A stretch of DNA of 64,000 nucleotides, taken from NCBI GenBank assembly GCA_964016885.1, contig OZ024740.1, forward strand, positions 4,464,001 through 4,528,000, given 5' to 3'. This document shows, one piece after another, positions 1 through 18,000 of this stretch (the first letter of the stretch is position 1; every line of letters starts with the position of its first letter). Source of the stretch: Eledone cirrhosa. Lineage: Eukaryota. The notes under the pieces were generated by a model. That model was not told the origin of the DNA. It did no database searches and was given only the letters and a program-made list of their open reading frames with translations. Made by a program: the position numbers and the translations under genes.

Positions 1-3000
1 GACACTGTCACCACCACCACTACCATAATGACACTGTCACCACCACCACCACTACTACAATGACACTGTCACCACCACCACTACCACAATGACACTGTCA
101 CCACCACCACTACCACAATGACACTGTCACCACCACCACTACCATATTGACACTCTCACCACCACCACTACCATAATGACACTGTCACCACCACCACTAC
201 CACAATGACACTGTCACCACCACCACTACCACAATGACACTGTCACCACCACCACTCCCACAATGACACTGTCACCACCACCACTACCACAATGACACTG
301 TCACCAACACCACTACCATAATGACACTGTCACCACCACCACTACCTCAATGACACTGTCACCACCACCACTACCACAATGACACTGTCACCACCACCAC
401 TACCATAATGACACTGTCACCACCACCACTACCTCAATGACACTGTCGCCACCACCACTACCACAATGACACTGTCACCACCACCACTACCACAATGACA
501 CTGTCACCACCACCACTACCACAATAACACTGTCGCCACCACCACTACCATAATGACACTGTCACCACCACCACTACCTCAATGACACTGTCACCACCAC
601 CACTACCACAATGACACTGTCACCACCACCACTCCCACAATGACACTGTCACCACCACCACTACCACAATGACACTGTCACCAACACCACTACCATAATG
701 ACACTGTCACCACCACCACTACCTCAATGACACTGTCACCACCACCACTACCACAATGACACTGTCACCACCACCACTACCATAATGACACTGTCACCAC
801 CACCACTACCTCAATGACACTGTCACCACCACCACTACCACAATGACACTGTCACCACCACCACTACCACAATGACACTGTCACCACCACCACTACCTCA
901 ATGACACTGTCGCCACCACCACTACCACAATGACACTGTCACCACCACCACTACCACAATGACACTGTCACCACCACCACTACCACAATGACACTGTCAC
1001 CACCACCACCACCTCCATAATGACACTGTCACCACCACCACTACCACAATGACACTGTCACCACCACCACTACCACAATAACACTGTCACCAACACCACT
1101 ACCATAATGACACTGTCACCACCACCACTACCTCAATGACACTGTCACCACCACCACTACCACAATGACACTGTCACCACCACCACTACCATAATGACAC
1201 TGTCACCACCACCACTACCTCAATGACACTGTCGCCACCACCACTACCACAATGACACTGTCACCACCACCACTACCACAATGACACTGTCACCACCACC
1301 ACTACCACAATGACACTGTCACCACCACCACCACCTCCATAATGACACTGTCACCACCACCACTACCACAATGACACTGTCACCACCGCCACTACCACAA
1401 TGACACTGTCACCAACACCACTACCATAATGACACTGTCACCACCACCACTACCTCAATGACACTGTCACCACCACCACTACCACAATGACACTGTCACC
1501 ACCACCACTACCATAATGACACTGTCACCACCACCACTACCTCAATGACACTGTCGCCACCACCACTACCACAATGACACTGTCACCACCACCACTACCA
1601 CAATGACACTGTCACCACCACCACTACCACAATAACACTGTCACCACCACCACTCCCACAATGACACTGTCACCACCACCATCACTACCACAATGACACT
1701 GTCACCACCACCACTACCACAATGACACTGTCACCACCACCACTACCATAATGACACTCTCACCACCACCACTACCATATTGACTGTCACCACCACCACT
1801 CCCACAATGACACTGTCACCACCACCACTACCACAATGACACTGTCACCACCACCACTACCATATTGACTGTGACCACCACCACTACCACAATGACACTG
1901 TCACCACCACCGCTACCACATTGACACTGTCAACACCACTACCACTACCACAATGACACTGTCACCACCACCACTACCACAATGATACTGTCAACACCAC
2001 CGCTACCACAATGACACTGTCAACACCACTACCACTACCACAATGACACTGTCACCACCACCACTACCATAATGACACTGTCACCACCACCACTACCACA
2101 ATGACACTGTCACCACCACCACCACTACCATAATGACACTGTCACCACCACCTCTACCATAATGACACTGTCACCAACACCACTACCACAATGACACTGT
2201 CACCACCACCACTACCACAATGACACTGTCACCACCACCACTACCATATTGACTGTCACCACCACCACTCCCACAATGACACTGTCACCACCACCACTAC
2301 CACAATGACACTGTCACCACCACCACTACCATATTGACTGTGACCACCACCACTACCACAATGACACTGTCACCACCACCGCTACCACATTGACACTGTC
2401 AACACCACTACCACTACCACAATGACACTGTCACCACCACCACTACCACAATGACACTGTCACCACCACCACTACCATATTGACTGTGACCACCACCACT
2501 ACCACAATGACACTGTCACCACCACCGCTACCACATTGACACTGTCAACACCACTACCACTACCACAATGACACTGTCACCACCACCACTACCACAATGA
2601 CACTGTCAACACCACCGCTACCACAATGACACTGTCAACACCACCACCACTACCACAATGACACTGTCACCAACACCACTACCATAATGACACTGTCACC
2701 ACCACCACTACCATAATGACACTGTCACTACCGCCACTACCACAATGACACTGTCACCACCACCACTCCCACAATGACACTGTCACCACCACCACTACCA
2801 CAATGACACTGTCACCAACACCACTACCATAATGACACTGTCACCACCACCACTACCACAATGACACTGTCACCACCACCACCACTACCACAATGACACT
2901 GTCACCACCACCGCCACTACCATAATGACACTGTTACCACCACCACTACCACAATGACACTGTCACCACCACCACTACCATAATGACACTGTCACCACCA

Positions 3001-6000
3001 CCACCACTACTACAATGACACTGTCACCACCACCACTACCACAATGACACTGTCACCACCACCACTACCACAATGACACTGTCACCACCACCACTACCAT
3101 ATTGACACTCTCACCACCACCACTACCATAATGACACTGTCACCACCACCACTACCACAATGACACTGTCACCACCACCACTACCACAATGACACTGTCA
3201 CCACCACCACTCCCACAATGACACTGTCACCACCACCACTACCACAATGACACTGTCACCAACACCACTACCATAATGACACTGTCACCACCACCACTAC
3301 CTCAATGACACTGTCACCACCACCACTACCACAATGACACTGTCACCACCACCACTACCATAATGACACTGTCACCACCACCACTACCTCAATGACACTG
3401 TCGCCACCACCACTACCACAATGACACTGTCACCACCACCACTACCACAATGACACTGTCACCACCACCACTACCACAATAACACTGTCGCCACCACCAC
3501 TACCATAATGACACTGTCACCACCACCACTACCTCAATGACACTGTCACCACCACCACTACCACAATGACACTGTCACCACCACCACTCCCACAATGACA
3601 CTGTCACCACCACCACTACCACAATGACACTGTCACCAACACCACTACCATAATGACACTGTCACCACCACCACTACCTCAATGACACTGTCACCACCAC
3701 CACTACCACAATGACACTGTCACCACCACCACTACCATAATGACACTGTCACCACCACCACTACCTCAATGACACTGTCACCACCACCACTACCACAATG
3801 ACACTGTCACCACCACCACTACCACAATGACACTGTCACCACCACCACTACCTCAATGACACTGTCGCCACGACCACTACCACAATGACACTGTCACCAC
3901 CACCACTACCACAATGACACTGTCACCACCACCACTACCACAATGACACTGTCACCACCACCACCACCTCCATAATGACACTGTCACCACCACCACTACC
4001 ACAATGACACTGTCACCACCACCACTACCACAATAACACTGTCACCAACACCACTACCATAATGACACTGTCACCACCACCACTACCTCAATGACACTGT
4101 CACCACCACCACTACCACAATGACACTGTCACCACCACCACTACCATAATGACACTGTCACCACCACCACTACCTCAATGACACTGTCGCCACCACCACT
4201 ACCACAATGACACTGTCACCACCACCACTACCACAATGACACTGTCACCACCACCACTACCACAATGACACTGTCACCACCACCACCACCTCCATAATGA
4301 CACTGTCACCACCACCACTACCACAATGACACTGTCACCACCGCCACTACCACAATGACACTGTCACCAACACCACTACCATAATGACACTGTCACCACC
4401 ACCACTACCTCAATGACACTGTCACCACCACCACTACCACAATGACACTGTCACCACCACCACTACCATAATGACACTGTCACCACCACCACTACCTCAA
4501 TGACACTGTCGCCACCACCACTACCACAATGACACTGTCACCACCACCACTACCACAATGACACTGTCACCACCACCACTACCACAATAACACTGTCACC
4601 ACCACCACTCCCACAATGACACTGTCACCACCACCATCACTACCACAATGACACTGTCACCACCACCACTACCACAATGACACTGTCACCACCACCACTA
4701 CCATAATGACACTGTCACCACCACCACTACCACAATGACACTGTCACCACCACCACTACCACAATGACACTGTCACCACCACCACTACCTCAATGACACT
4801 GTCACCACCACCACTACCATAATGACACTGTCACCACCACCACTACCACAATAACACTGTCACCATCACCACTACCATAATGACACTGTCACCACCACCA
4901 CTACCTCAATGACACTGTCACCACCACCACTACCATAATGACACTGTCACCACCACCACTACCACAATTACACTGTCACCACCACCATCACTACCACAAT
5001 GACACTGTCACCACCACCACTACCACAATGACACTGTCACCACCACCACTACCATAATGACACTGTCACCACCACCACTACTACCACAATAACACTGTCA
5101 CCACCACCACTACCATATTGACACTGTCACCACCACCACTACCACAATGACACTGTCACCACCACCACTACTACCACAATGACACTGTCACCACCACCAC
5201 TACCACAATGACACTGTCACCACCACCACTACCATAATGACACTGTCACCACCACCACTACCATATTGACTGTCACCACCACCACTCCCACAATGACACT
5301 GTCACCACCACCACTACCATAATGCCACTGTCACCACCATCACTACCACAATGACACTGTCACCACCACCACTACCATAATGACACTGTCACCACCACCA
5401 CCACCATATTGACTGTCACCACCACCACTCCCACAATGATACTGTCACCACCACTACCACAATGACACTGTCACCACCACCACTACCACAATGACACTGT
5501 CACCACCACCACTACCACAATGACACTGTCACCACCACCACTCCCACAATGACACTGTCACCACCACCACTACCATAATGACACTGTCACCACCACCACC
5601 AACATATTGACTGTCACCACCACCACTCCCACAATGATACTGTCACCACCACCACTCCCACAATGACACTGTCACCACCACCACTACCATAATGACACTG
5701 TCACCACCACCACCACCATATTGACTGTCACCACCACCACTCCCACAATGATACTGTCACCACCACTACCACAATGACACTGTCACCACCACCACTACCA
5801 CAATGACACTGTCACCACCACCACTACCACAATGACACTGTCACCACCGCCACTACCACAATGACACTGTCACCACCACCACTACCACAATGACACTGTC
5901 ACCACCACCACTACCACAATGACACTGTCACCACCACCACTACCACAATGACACTGTCACCACCACCACTACCACAATGACACTGTCACCACCACCACTA

Positions 6001-9000
6001 CCACAATGACACTGCCACCACCACCACTACCACAATGACACTGTCACCACCACCACTACCATAATGACACTGTCACCAACACCACTACCACAATGACACT
6101 GTCACCACCGCCACTACCACAATGACACTGTCACCACCACCACTACCACAATGACACTGTCACCACCGCCACTACCACAATGACACTGTCACCACCACCA
6201 CTACCACAATGACACTGTCACCACCACCACTACCACAATGACACTGTCACCACCACCACTACCATAATGACACTGTCACCAACACCACTACCACAATGAC
6301 ACTGTCACCACCACCACTACCACAATAACACTGTCACCATCACCACTACCATAATGACACTGTCACCAACACCACTACCACAATGACACTGTCACCACCG
6401 CCACTACCACAATGACACTGTCACCACCACCACTACCACAATGACACTGTCACCACCACCACTACCACAATGACACTGTCACCAACACCACTACCACAAT
6501 GACACTGTCACCACCACCTCTACCACAATGACACTGTCACCACCACCACTACCACAATGACACTGTCACCACCACCACTACCACAATGACACTGTCACCA
6601 ACACCACTACCACAATGACACTGTCACCACCGCCACTACCACAATGACACTGTCACCACCACCACTACCACAATGACACTGTCACCACCACCACTACCAC
6701 AATGACACTGTCACCACCACCACTACCACAATGACACTGTCACCACCGCCACTACCACAATGACACTGTCACCACCGCCACTACCACAATGACACTGTCA
6801 CCAACACCACTACCACAATGACACTGTCACCACCGCCACTACCACAATGACACTGTCACCACCACCACTACCATAATGACACTGTCACCACCACCACTAC
6901 CACAATGACACTGTCACCACCACCACTACCATAATGACACTGTCACCACCACCACTACCACAATGACACTGTCACCACCACCACTCCCACAATGACACTG
7001 TCACCACCACCACCACCTCCATAATGACACTGTCACCACCACCACTACCACAATGACACTGTCACCACCACCACTACCACAATGACACTGTCACCACCAC
7101 CACTACCATAATGACACTATCACCACCACCACTCCCACAATGACACTGTCACCACCACCACCACCACCTCCATAATGACACTGTCACCACCACCACTACC
7201 ACAATGACACTGTCACCACCACCACTACCACAATGACACTGTCACCACCACCACTACCACAACGACACTGTCACCAACACCACTACCACAATGACACTGT
7301 CACCACCACCACTACCACAATGACACTGTCACCACCGCCACTACCACAATGACACTGTCACCAACACCACTACCACAATGACACTGTCACCACCACCTCT
7401 ACCATAATGACACTGTCACCAACACCACTCCCACAATGACACTGTCACCACCACCACTACCACAATGACACTGTCACCACCGCCACTACCATAATGACAC
7501 TGTCACCAACACCACTCCCACAATGACACTGTCACCACCACCACTACCACAATGACACTGTCACCACCGCCACTACCATAATGACACTGTCACCACCACC
7601 ACTACCACAATGACACTGTCACCAACACCACTACCACAATGACACTGTCACCACCGCCACTACCACAATGACACTGTCACCACCGCCACTACCACAATGA
7701 CACTGTCACCAACACCACTTCCACAATGACACTGTCTCCACCACCACTACCATAATGACACTGTCACCACCACCACTACCACAATGACACTGTCACCACC
7801 ACCACTACCACAATGACACTGTCACCACCACCTCTACCATAATGACACTGTCACCACCACCACTACCATAATGACACTGTCACCACCACCACTACCACAA
7901 TGACACTGTCACCACCACCACTACCATAATGACACTGTCACCACCACCACTACCACAATGACACTGTCACCACCACCACTACCACAATGACACTGTCACG
8001 ACCACCACTACCACAATGACACTGTCACCACCACCACTACCACAATGACACTGTCACCACCGCCACTACCATAATGACACTGTCACCACCACCACTACCA
8101 CAATGACACTGTCACCACCACCACTACCATAATGACACTGTCACCACCACCACTACCACAATGACACTGTCACCACCACCACTCCCACAATGACACTGTC
8201 ACCACCACCACCACCTCCATAATGACACTGTCACCACCACCACTCCCACAATGACACTGTCACCACCACCACCACCTCCATAATGACACTGTCACCACCA
8301 CCACTACCACAATGACACTGTCACCACCACCACTACCACAATGACACTGTCACCACCACCACTACCACAATGACACTGTCACCACCACCACTACCACAAT
8401 GACACTGTCACCACCACCACTCCCACAATGACACTGTCACCACCACCACCACCTCCATAATGACACTGTCACCACCACCACTACCACAATGACACTGTCA
8501 CCACCACCACTACCACAATGACACTGTCACCACCACCACTACCATAATGACACTGTCACCACCACCACTACCACAATGACACTGTCACCACCACCACTAC
8601 CATAATGACACTGTCACCAACACCACTACCACAATGACACTGTCACCACCACCACTACCACAATAACACTGTCACACTCACCACTACCATAATGACACTG
8701 TCACCAACACCACTACCACAATGACACTGTCACCACCGCCACTACCACAATGACACTGTCACCACCACCACTACAACAATGACACTGTCACCACCACCAC
8801 TACCATAATGACACTGTCACCACCACCACTACCACAATGACACTGTCACCACCACCACTACCATAATGACACTGTCACCACCACCACTACCACAATGACA
8901 CTGTCACCACCACCACTACCATAATGACACTGTCACCACCGCCACTACCACAATGACACTGTCACCACCACCACTACCATAATGACACTGTCACCAACAC

Positions 9001-12000
9001 CACTACCACAATGACACTGTCACCACCACCACTACCACAATAACACTGTCACCATCACCACTACCACAATGACACTGTCACCACCACCACTACCATAATG
9101 ACACTGTCACCACCACCACTACCACAATGACACTGTCACCACCACCACCACTACCACAATGACACTGTCACCACCACCGCCACTACCACAATGACACTGT
9201 CACCACCACCACTACCACAATGACACTGTCACCACCACCACTACTACAATGACACTGTCACCAACACCACTACCACAATGACACTGTCACCACCGCCACT
9301 ACCACAATGACACTGTCACCACCACCACTACCACAATGACACTGTCACCACCACCACTACCACAATGACACTGTCACCACCACCACTACCACAATGACAC
9401 TGTCACCACCGCCACTACCACAATGACACTGTCACCACCACCACTACCACAATGACACTGTCACCACCACCACTACCACAATGACACTGTCACCACCGCC
9501 ACTACCACAATGACACTGTCACCACCGCCACTACCACAATGACACTGTCACCACCACCACTACCATAATGACACTGCCACCACCACCACTACCATAATGA
9601 CACTGTCACCAACACCACTACCACAATGACACTGTCACCACCACCACTACCACAATAACACTGTCACCACCACCACTACCATAATGACACTGTCACCAAC
9701 ACCACTACCACAATGACACTGTCACCACCACCACTAGCACAATAACACTGTCACCATCACCACTACCATAATGACACTGTCACCACCACCACTACCACAA
9801 TGACACTGTCACCACCACCACTCCGACAATGACACTGTCACCACCGCCACTACCACAATGACACTGTCACCACCACCACTACCACAATGAGACTGTCACC
9901 ACCACCACTACCACAATGACACTGTCACCACCATCACTACCATAATAACACTGTCACCACCATCACTACCACAATGACACTGTCACCACCACCACTACCA
10001 CAATAACACTGTCACCATCACCACTACCATAATGACACTGTCACCACCACCACTACCATAATGACACTGTCACCACCACCACTACCACAATGACACTGTC
10101 ACCACCACCACTACCATAATGACACTGTCACCACCATCACTACCATAATGACACTGTCACCACCATCACTACCACAATGACACTGTCACCACCACCACTA
10201 CCACAATAACACTGTCACCACCACCTCTACCACAATGACACTGTCACCACCATCACTACCACAATGACACTGTCACCACCACCACCACTACCATAATGAC
10301 ACTGTCACCACCACCACTACCACAATGACACTGTCACCACCATCACTACCACAATGACACTGTCACCACCACCACCACTACCATAATGACACTGTCACCA
10401 CCACCACTACCACAATGACACTGTCACCACCATCACTACCACAATGACACTGTCACCACCACCACCACTACCATAATGACACTGTCACCACCACCACTAC
10501 CACAATGACACTGTCACCACCACCACTACCACAATGACACTGTCACCACCATCACTACCACAATGACACTGTCACCACCGCCACTACTACAATGACACTG
10601 TCACCACCACTACCACAATGACACTGTCACCACCACCACTACCACAATGACACTGTCACCACCATCACTACCACAATGACACTGTCACCACCACCACTAC
10701 CACAATGACACTGTCACCACCACCACTACCACAATGACACTGTTACCAACACCACTACCACAATGACACTGTCACCACCACCACTACCATAATGACACTG
10801 TCACCACCACCACCACTACCATAATGACACTGTCACCACCACCACTACCACAATGACACTGTCACCACCACCACTACCACAATGACACTGTCACCACCAT
10901 CACTACCACAATGACACTGTCACCACCGCCACTACTACAATGACACTGTCACCACCACCACTACCACAATGACACTGTCACCACCACCACTACCACAATG
11001 ACACTGTCACCACCATCACTACCACAATGACACTGTCACCACCACCACTACCACAATGACACTGTCACCACCACCACTACCACAATGACACTGTCACCAA
11101 CACCACTACCATAATGACACTGTCACCACCACCACTACCACAATGACACTGTCACCACCACCTCTACCACAATGACACTGTCACCACCACCACTACCACA
11201 ATGACACTGTCACCAACACCACTACCATAATGACACTGTCACCACCACCACTACCACAATGACACTGTCACCACCACCTCTACCACAATGACACTGTCAC
11301 CACCACCACTACCACAATGACACTGTCACCACCACCTCTACCACAATGACACTGTCACCACCACCACTACCACAATGACACTATCACCACCACCACTACC
11401 ACAATGACACTGTCACCACCACCACTACCACAATGACACTGTCACCACCACCACTACCACAATGACACTGTCACCACCACCACTACCACAATGACACTGT
11501 CACCACCACCACTACCACAATAACACTGTCACCACCACCACTACCACAATGACACTGTCACCACCACCACTACCACAATGACACTGTCACCACCACCACT
11601 ACCACAATGACACTGTCACCACCACCACTACCACAATGACACTGTCACCACCACCACTACCACAATGACACTGTCACCACCACCACTACCACAATAACAC
11701 TGTCACCACCACCACTACCACAATGACACTGTCACCACCACCACTACCACAATGACACTGTCACCAACACCACTACCACAATGACACTGTCACCACCACC
11801 ACTACCACAATGACACTGTCACCACCACCACTACCACAATGACACTGTCACCACCGCCACTACCACATTGACACTGTCACCACCACCACTACCACAATGA
11901 CACTGTCACCACCACCACTACCACAATGACACTGTCACCACCGCCACTACCACAATGTCACTGTCACCACCACCACTACCATAATGACACTGTCACCACC

Positions 12001-15000
12001 ACCTCTACCATAATGACACTGTCACCAACACCACTACCACAATGACACTGTCACCACCACCACTACCACAATGACACTGTCACCACCACCACTACCATAA
12101 TGACACTCTCACCACCACCACTACCATATTGACTGTCACCACCACCACTCCCACAATGACACTGTCACCACCACCACTACCACAATGACACTGTCACCAC
12201 CACCACTACCATATTGACTGTGACCACCACCACTACCACAATGACACTGTCACCACCACCGCTACCACATTGACACTGTCAACACCACTACCACTACCAC
12301 AATGACACTGTCACCACCACCACTACCACAATGACACTGTCACCACCACCACTACCATATTGACTGTGACCACCACCACTACCACAATGACACTGTCACC
12401 ACCACCGCTACCACATTGACACTGTCAACACCACTACCACTACCACAATGACACTGTCACCACCACCACTACCACAATGACACTGTCAACACCACCGCTA
12501 CCACAATGACACTGTCAACACCACTACCACTACCACAATGACACTGTCACCACCACCACTACCATAATGACACTGTCACCACCACCACTACCACAATGAC
12601 ACTGTCACCACCACCACCACTACCATAATGACACTGTCACCATCACCACTACCATATTGACACTGTCACCACCACCACTACCACAATGACACTGTCACCA
12701 CCACCACTACCACAATGACACTGTCACCACCACCACTACCACAATGACACTGTCACCACCACCACTACCACAATAACACTGTCACCACCACCACCGCCAT
12801 ATTGACTGTGACCACCACCACTACCACAATGACACTGTCACCACCACCACTACCACAATGACACTGTCACCACCGCCACTACCACAATGACACTGTCACC
12901 ACCACCACTCCCACAATGACACTGTCACCACCACCACTACCACAATGACACTGTCACCAACACCACTACCATAATGACACTGTCACCACCACCACTACCA
13001 TAATGACACTGTCACCACCGCCACTACCACAATGACACTGTCACCACCACCACTCCCACAATGACACTGTCACCACCACCACTACCACAATGACACTGTC
13101 ACCAACACCACTACCATAATGACACTGTCACCACCACCACTACCACAATGACACTGTCACCACCACCACTACTACCACAATGACACTGTCACCACCACCG
13201 CCACTACCATAATGACACTGTTACCACCACCACTACCACAATGACACTGTCACCACCACCACTACCATAATGACACTGTCACCACCACCACCACTACTAC
13301 AATGACACTGTCACCACCACCACTACCACAATGACACTGTCACCACCACCACTACCACAATGACACTGTCACCACCACCACTACCATATTGACACTCTCA
13401 CCACCACCACTACCATAATGACACTGTCACCACCACCACTACCACAATGACACTGTCACCACCACCACTACCACAATGACACTGTCACCACCACCACTCC
13501 CACAATGACACTGTCACCACCACCACTACCACAATGACACTGTCACCAACACCACTACCATAATGACACTGTCACCACCACCACTACCTCAATGACACTG
13601 TCACCACCACCACTACCACAATGACACTGTCACCACCACCACTACCATAATGACACTGTCACCACCACCACTACCTCAATGACACTGTCGCCACCACCAC
13701 TACCACAATGACACTGTCACCACCACCACTACCACAATGACACTGTCACCACCACCACTACCACAATAACACTGTCGCCACCACCACTACCATAATGACA
13801 CTGTCACCACCACCACTACCTCAATGACACTGTCACCACCACCACTACCACAATGACACTGTCACCACCACCACTCCCACAATGACACTGTCACCACCAC
13901 CACTACCACAATGACACTGTCACCAACACCACTACCATAATGACACTGTCACCACCACCACTACCTCAATGACACTGTCACCACCACCACTACCACAATG
14001 ACACTGTCACCACCACCACTACCATAATGACACTGTCACCACCACCACTACCTCAATGACACCGTCACCCCCACCACTACCACAATGACACTGTCACCAC
14101 CACCACTGCCACAATGACACTGTCACCACCACCACTACCTCAATGACACTGTCGCCACCACCACTACCACAATGACACTGTCACCACCACCACTACCACA
14201 ATGACACTGTCACCACCACCACTACCACAATGACACTGTCACCACCACCACCACCTCCATAATGACACTGTCACCACCACCACTACCACAATGACACTGT
14301 CACCACCACCACTACCACAATAACACTGTCACCAACACCACTACCATAATGACACTGTCACCACCACCACTACCTCAATGACACTGTCACCACCACCACT
14401 ACCACAATGACACTGTCACCACCACCACTACCATAATGACACTGTCACCACCACCACTACCTCAATGACACTGTCGCCACCACCACTACCACAATGACAC
14501 TGTCACCACCACCACTACCACAATGACACTGTCACCACCACCACTACCACAATGACACTGTCACCACCACCACCACCTCCATAATGACTCTGTCACCACC
14601 ACCACTACCACAATGACACTGTCACCACCGCCACTACCACAATGACACTGTCACCAACACCACTACCATAATGACACTGTCACCACCACCACTACCTCAA
14701 TGACACTGTCACCACCACCACTACCACAATGACACTGTCACCACCACCACTACCATAATGACACTGTCACCACCACCACTACCTCAATGACACTGTCGCC
14801 ACCACCACTACCACAATGACACTGTCACCACCACCACTACCACAATGACACTGTCACCACCACCACTACCACAATAACACTGTCACCACCACCACTCCCA
14901 CAATGACACTGTCACCACCACCATCACTACCACAATGACACTGTCACCACCACCACTACCACAATGACACTGTCACCACCACCACTACCATAATGACACT

Positions 15001-18000
15001 GTCACCACCACCACTACCACAATGACACTGTCACCACCACCACTACCACAATGACACTGTCACCACCACCACTACCTCAATGACACTGTCACCACCACCA
15101 CTACCATAATGACACTGTCACCACCACCACTACCACAATAACACTGTCACCATCACCACTACCATAATGACACTGTCACCACCACCACTACCTCAATGAC
15201 ACTGTCACCACCACCACTACCATAATGACACTGTCACCACCACCACTACCACAATTACACTGTCACCACCACCATCACTACCACAATGACACTGTCACCA
15301 CCACCACTACCACAATGACACTGTCACCACCACCACTACCATAATGACACTGTCACCACCACCACTACTACCACAATAACACTGTCACCACCACCACTAC
15401 CATATTGACACTGTCACCACCACCACTACCACAATGACACTGTCACCACCACCACTACTACCACAATGACACTGTCACCACCACCACTACCATAATGACA
15501 CTGTCACCACCACCACTACCATATTGACTGTCACCACCACCACTACCACAATGACACTGTCACCACCACCACTACCACAATGACACTGTCACCACCGCCA
15601 CTACCACAATGACACTGTCACCACCACCACTACCACAATGACACTGTCACCACCACCACTACCATAATGACACTGCCACCACCACCACTACCATAATGAC
15701 ACTGTCACCAACACCACTACCACAATGACACTGTCACCACCACCACTACCACAATAACACTGTCACCATCACCACTACCACAATGACACTGTCACCACCA
15801 CCACTACCATAATGACACTGTCACCACCACCACTACCACAATGACACTGTCACCACCACCACCACTACCACAATGACACTGTCACCACCACCGCCACTAC
15901 CACAATGACACTGTCACCACCACCACTACCACAATGACACTGTCACCACCACCACTACTACAATGACACTGTCACCAACACCACTACCACAATGACACTG
16001 TCACCACCGCCACTACCACAATGACACTGTCACCACCACCACTACCACAATGACACTGTCACCACCACCACTACCACAATGACACTGTCACCACCACCAC
16101 TACCACAATGACACTGTCACCACCGCCACTACCACAATGACACTGTCACCACCACCACTACCACAATGACACTGTCACCACCACCACTACCACAATGACA
16201 CTGTCACCACCGCCACTACCACAATGACACTGTCACCACCGCCACTACCACAATGACACTGTCACCACCACCACTACCATAATGACACTGCCACCACCAC
16301 CACTACCATAATGACACTGTCACCAACACCACTACCACAATGACACTGTCACCACCACCACTACCACAATAACACTGTCACCACCACCACTACCATAATG
16401 ACACTGTCACCAACACCACTACCACAATGACACTGTCACCACCACCACTAGCACAATAACACTGTCACCATCACCACTACCATAATGACACTGTCACCAC
16501 CACCACTACCACAATGACACTGTCACCACCACCACTCCGACAATGACACTGTCACCACCGCCACTACCACAATGACACTGTCACCACCACCACTACCACA
16601 ATGAGACTGTCACCACCACCACTACCACAATGACACTGTCACCACCATCACTACCATAATAACACTGTCACCACCATCACTACCACAATGACACTGTCAC
16701 CACCACCACTACCACAATAACACTGTCACCATCACCACTACCATAATGACACTGTCACCACCACCACTACCATAATGACACTGTCACCACCACCACTACC
16801 ACAATGACACTGTCACCACCACCACTACCATAATGACACTGTCACCACCATCACTACCATAATGACACTGTCACCACCATCACTACCACAATGACACTGT
16901 CACCACCACCACTACCACAATAACACTGTCACCACCACCTCTACCACAATGACACTGTCACCACCATCACTACCACAATGACACTGTCACCACCACCACC
17001 ACTACCATAATGACACTGTCACCACCACCACTACCACAATGACACTGTCACCACCATCACTACCACAATGACACTGTCACCACCACCACCACTACCATAA
17101 TGACACTGTCACCACCACCACTACCACAATGACACTGTCACCACCATCACTACCACAATGACACTGTCACCACCACCACCACTACCATAATGACACTGTC
17201 ACCACCACCACTACCACAATGACACTGTCACCACCACCACTACCACAATGACACTGTCACCACCATCACTACCACAATGACACTGTCACCACCGCCACTA
17301 CTACAATGACACTGTCACCACCACTACCACAATGACACTGTCACCACCACCACTACCACAATGACACTGTCACCACCATCACTACCACAATGACACTGTC
17401 ACCACCACCACTACCACAATGACACTGTCACCACCACCACTACCACAATGACACTGTTACCAACACCACTACCACAATGACACTGTCACCACCACCACTA
17501 CCATAATGACACTGTCACCACCACCACCACTACCATAATGACACTGTCACCACCACCACTACCACAATGACACTGTCACCACCACCACTACCACAATGAC
17601 ACTGTCACCACCATCACTACCACAATGACACTGTCACCACCGCCACTACTACAATGACACTGTCACCACCACCACTACCACAATGACACTGTCACCACCA
17701 CCACTACCACAATGACACTGTCACCACCATCACTACCACAATGACACTGTCACCACCACCACTACCACAATGACACTGTCACCACCACCACTACCACAAT
17801 GACACTGTCACCAACACCACTACCATAATGACACTGTCACCACCACCACTACCACAATGACACTGTCACCACCACCTCTACCACAATGACACTGTCACCA
17901 CCACCACTACCACAATGACACTGTCACCAACACCACTACCATAATGACACTGTCACCACCACCACTACCACAATGACACTGTCACCACCACCTCTACCAC

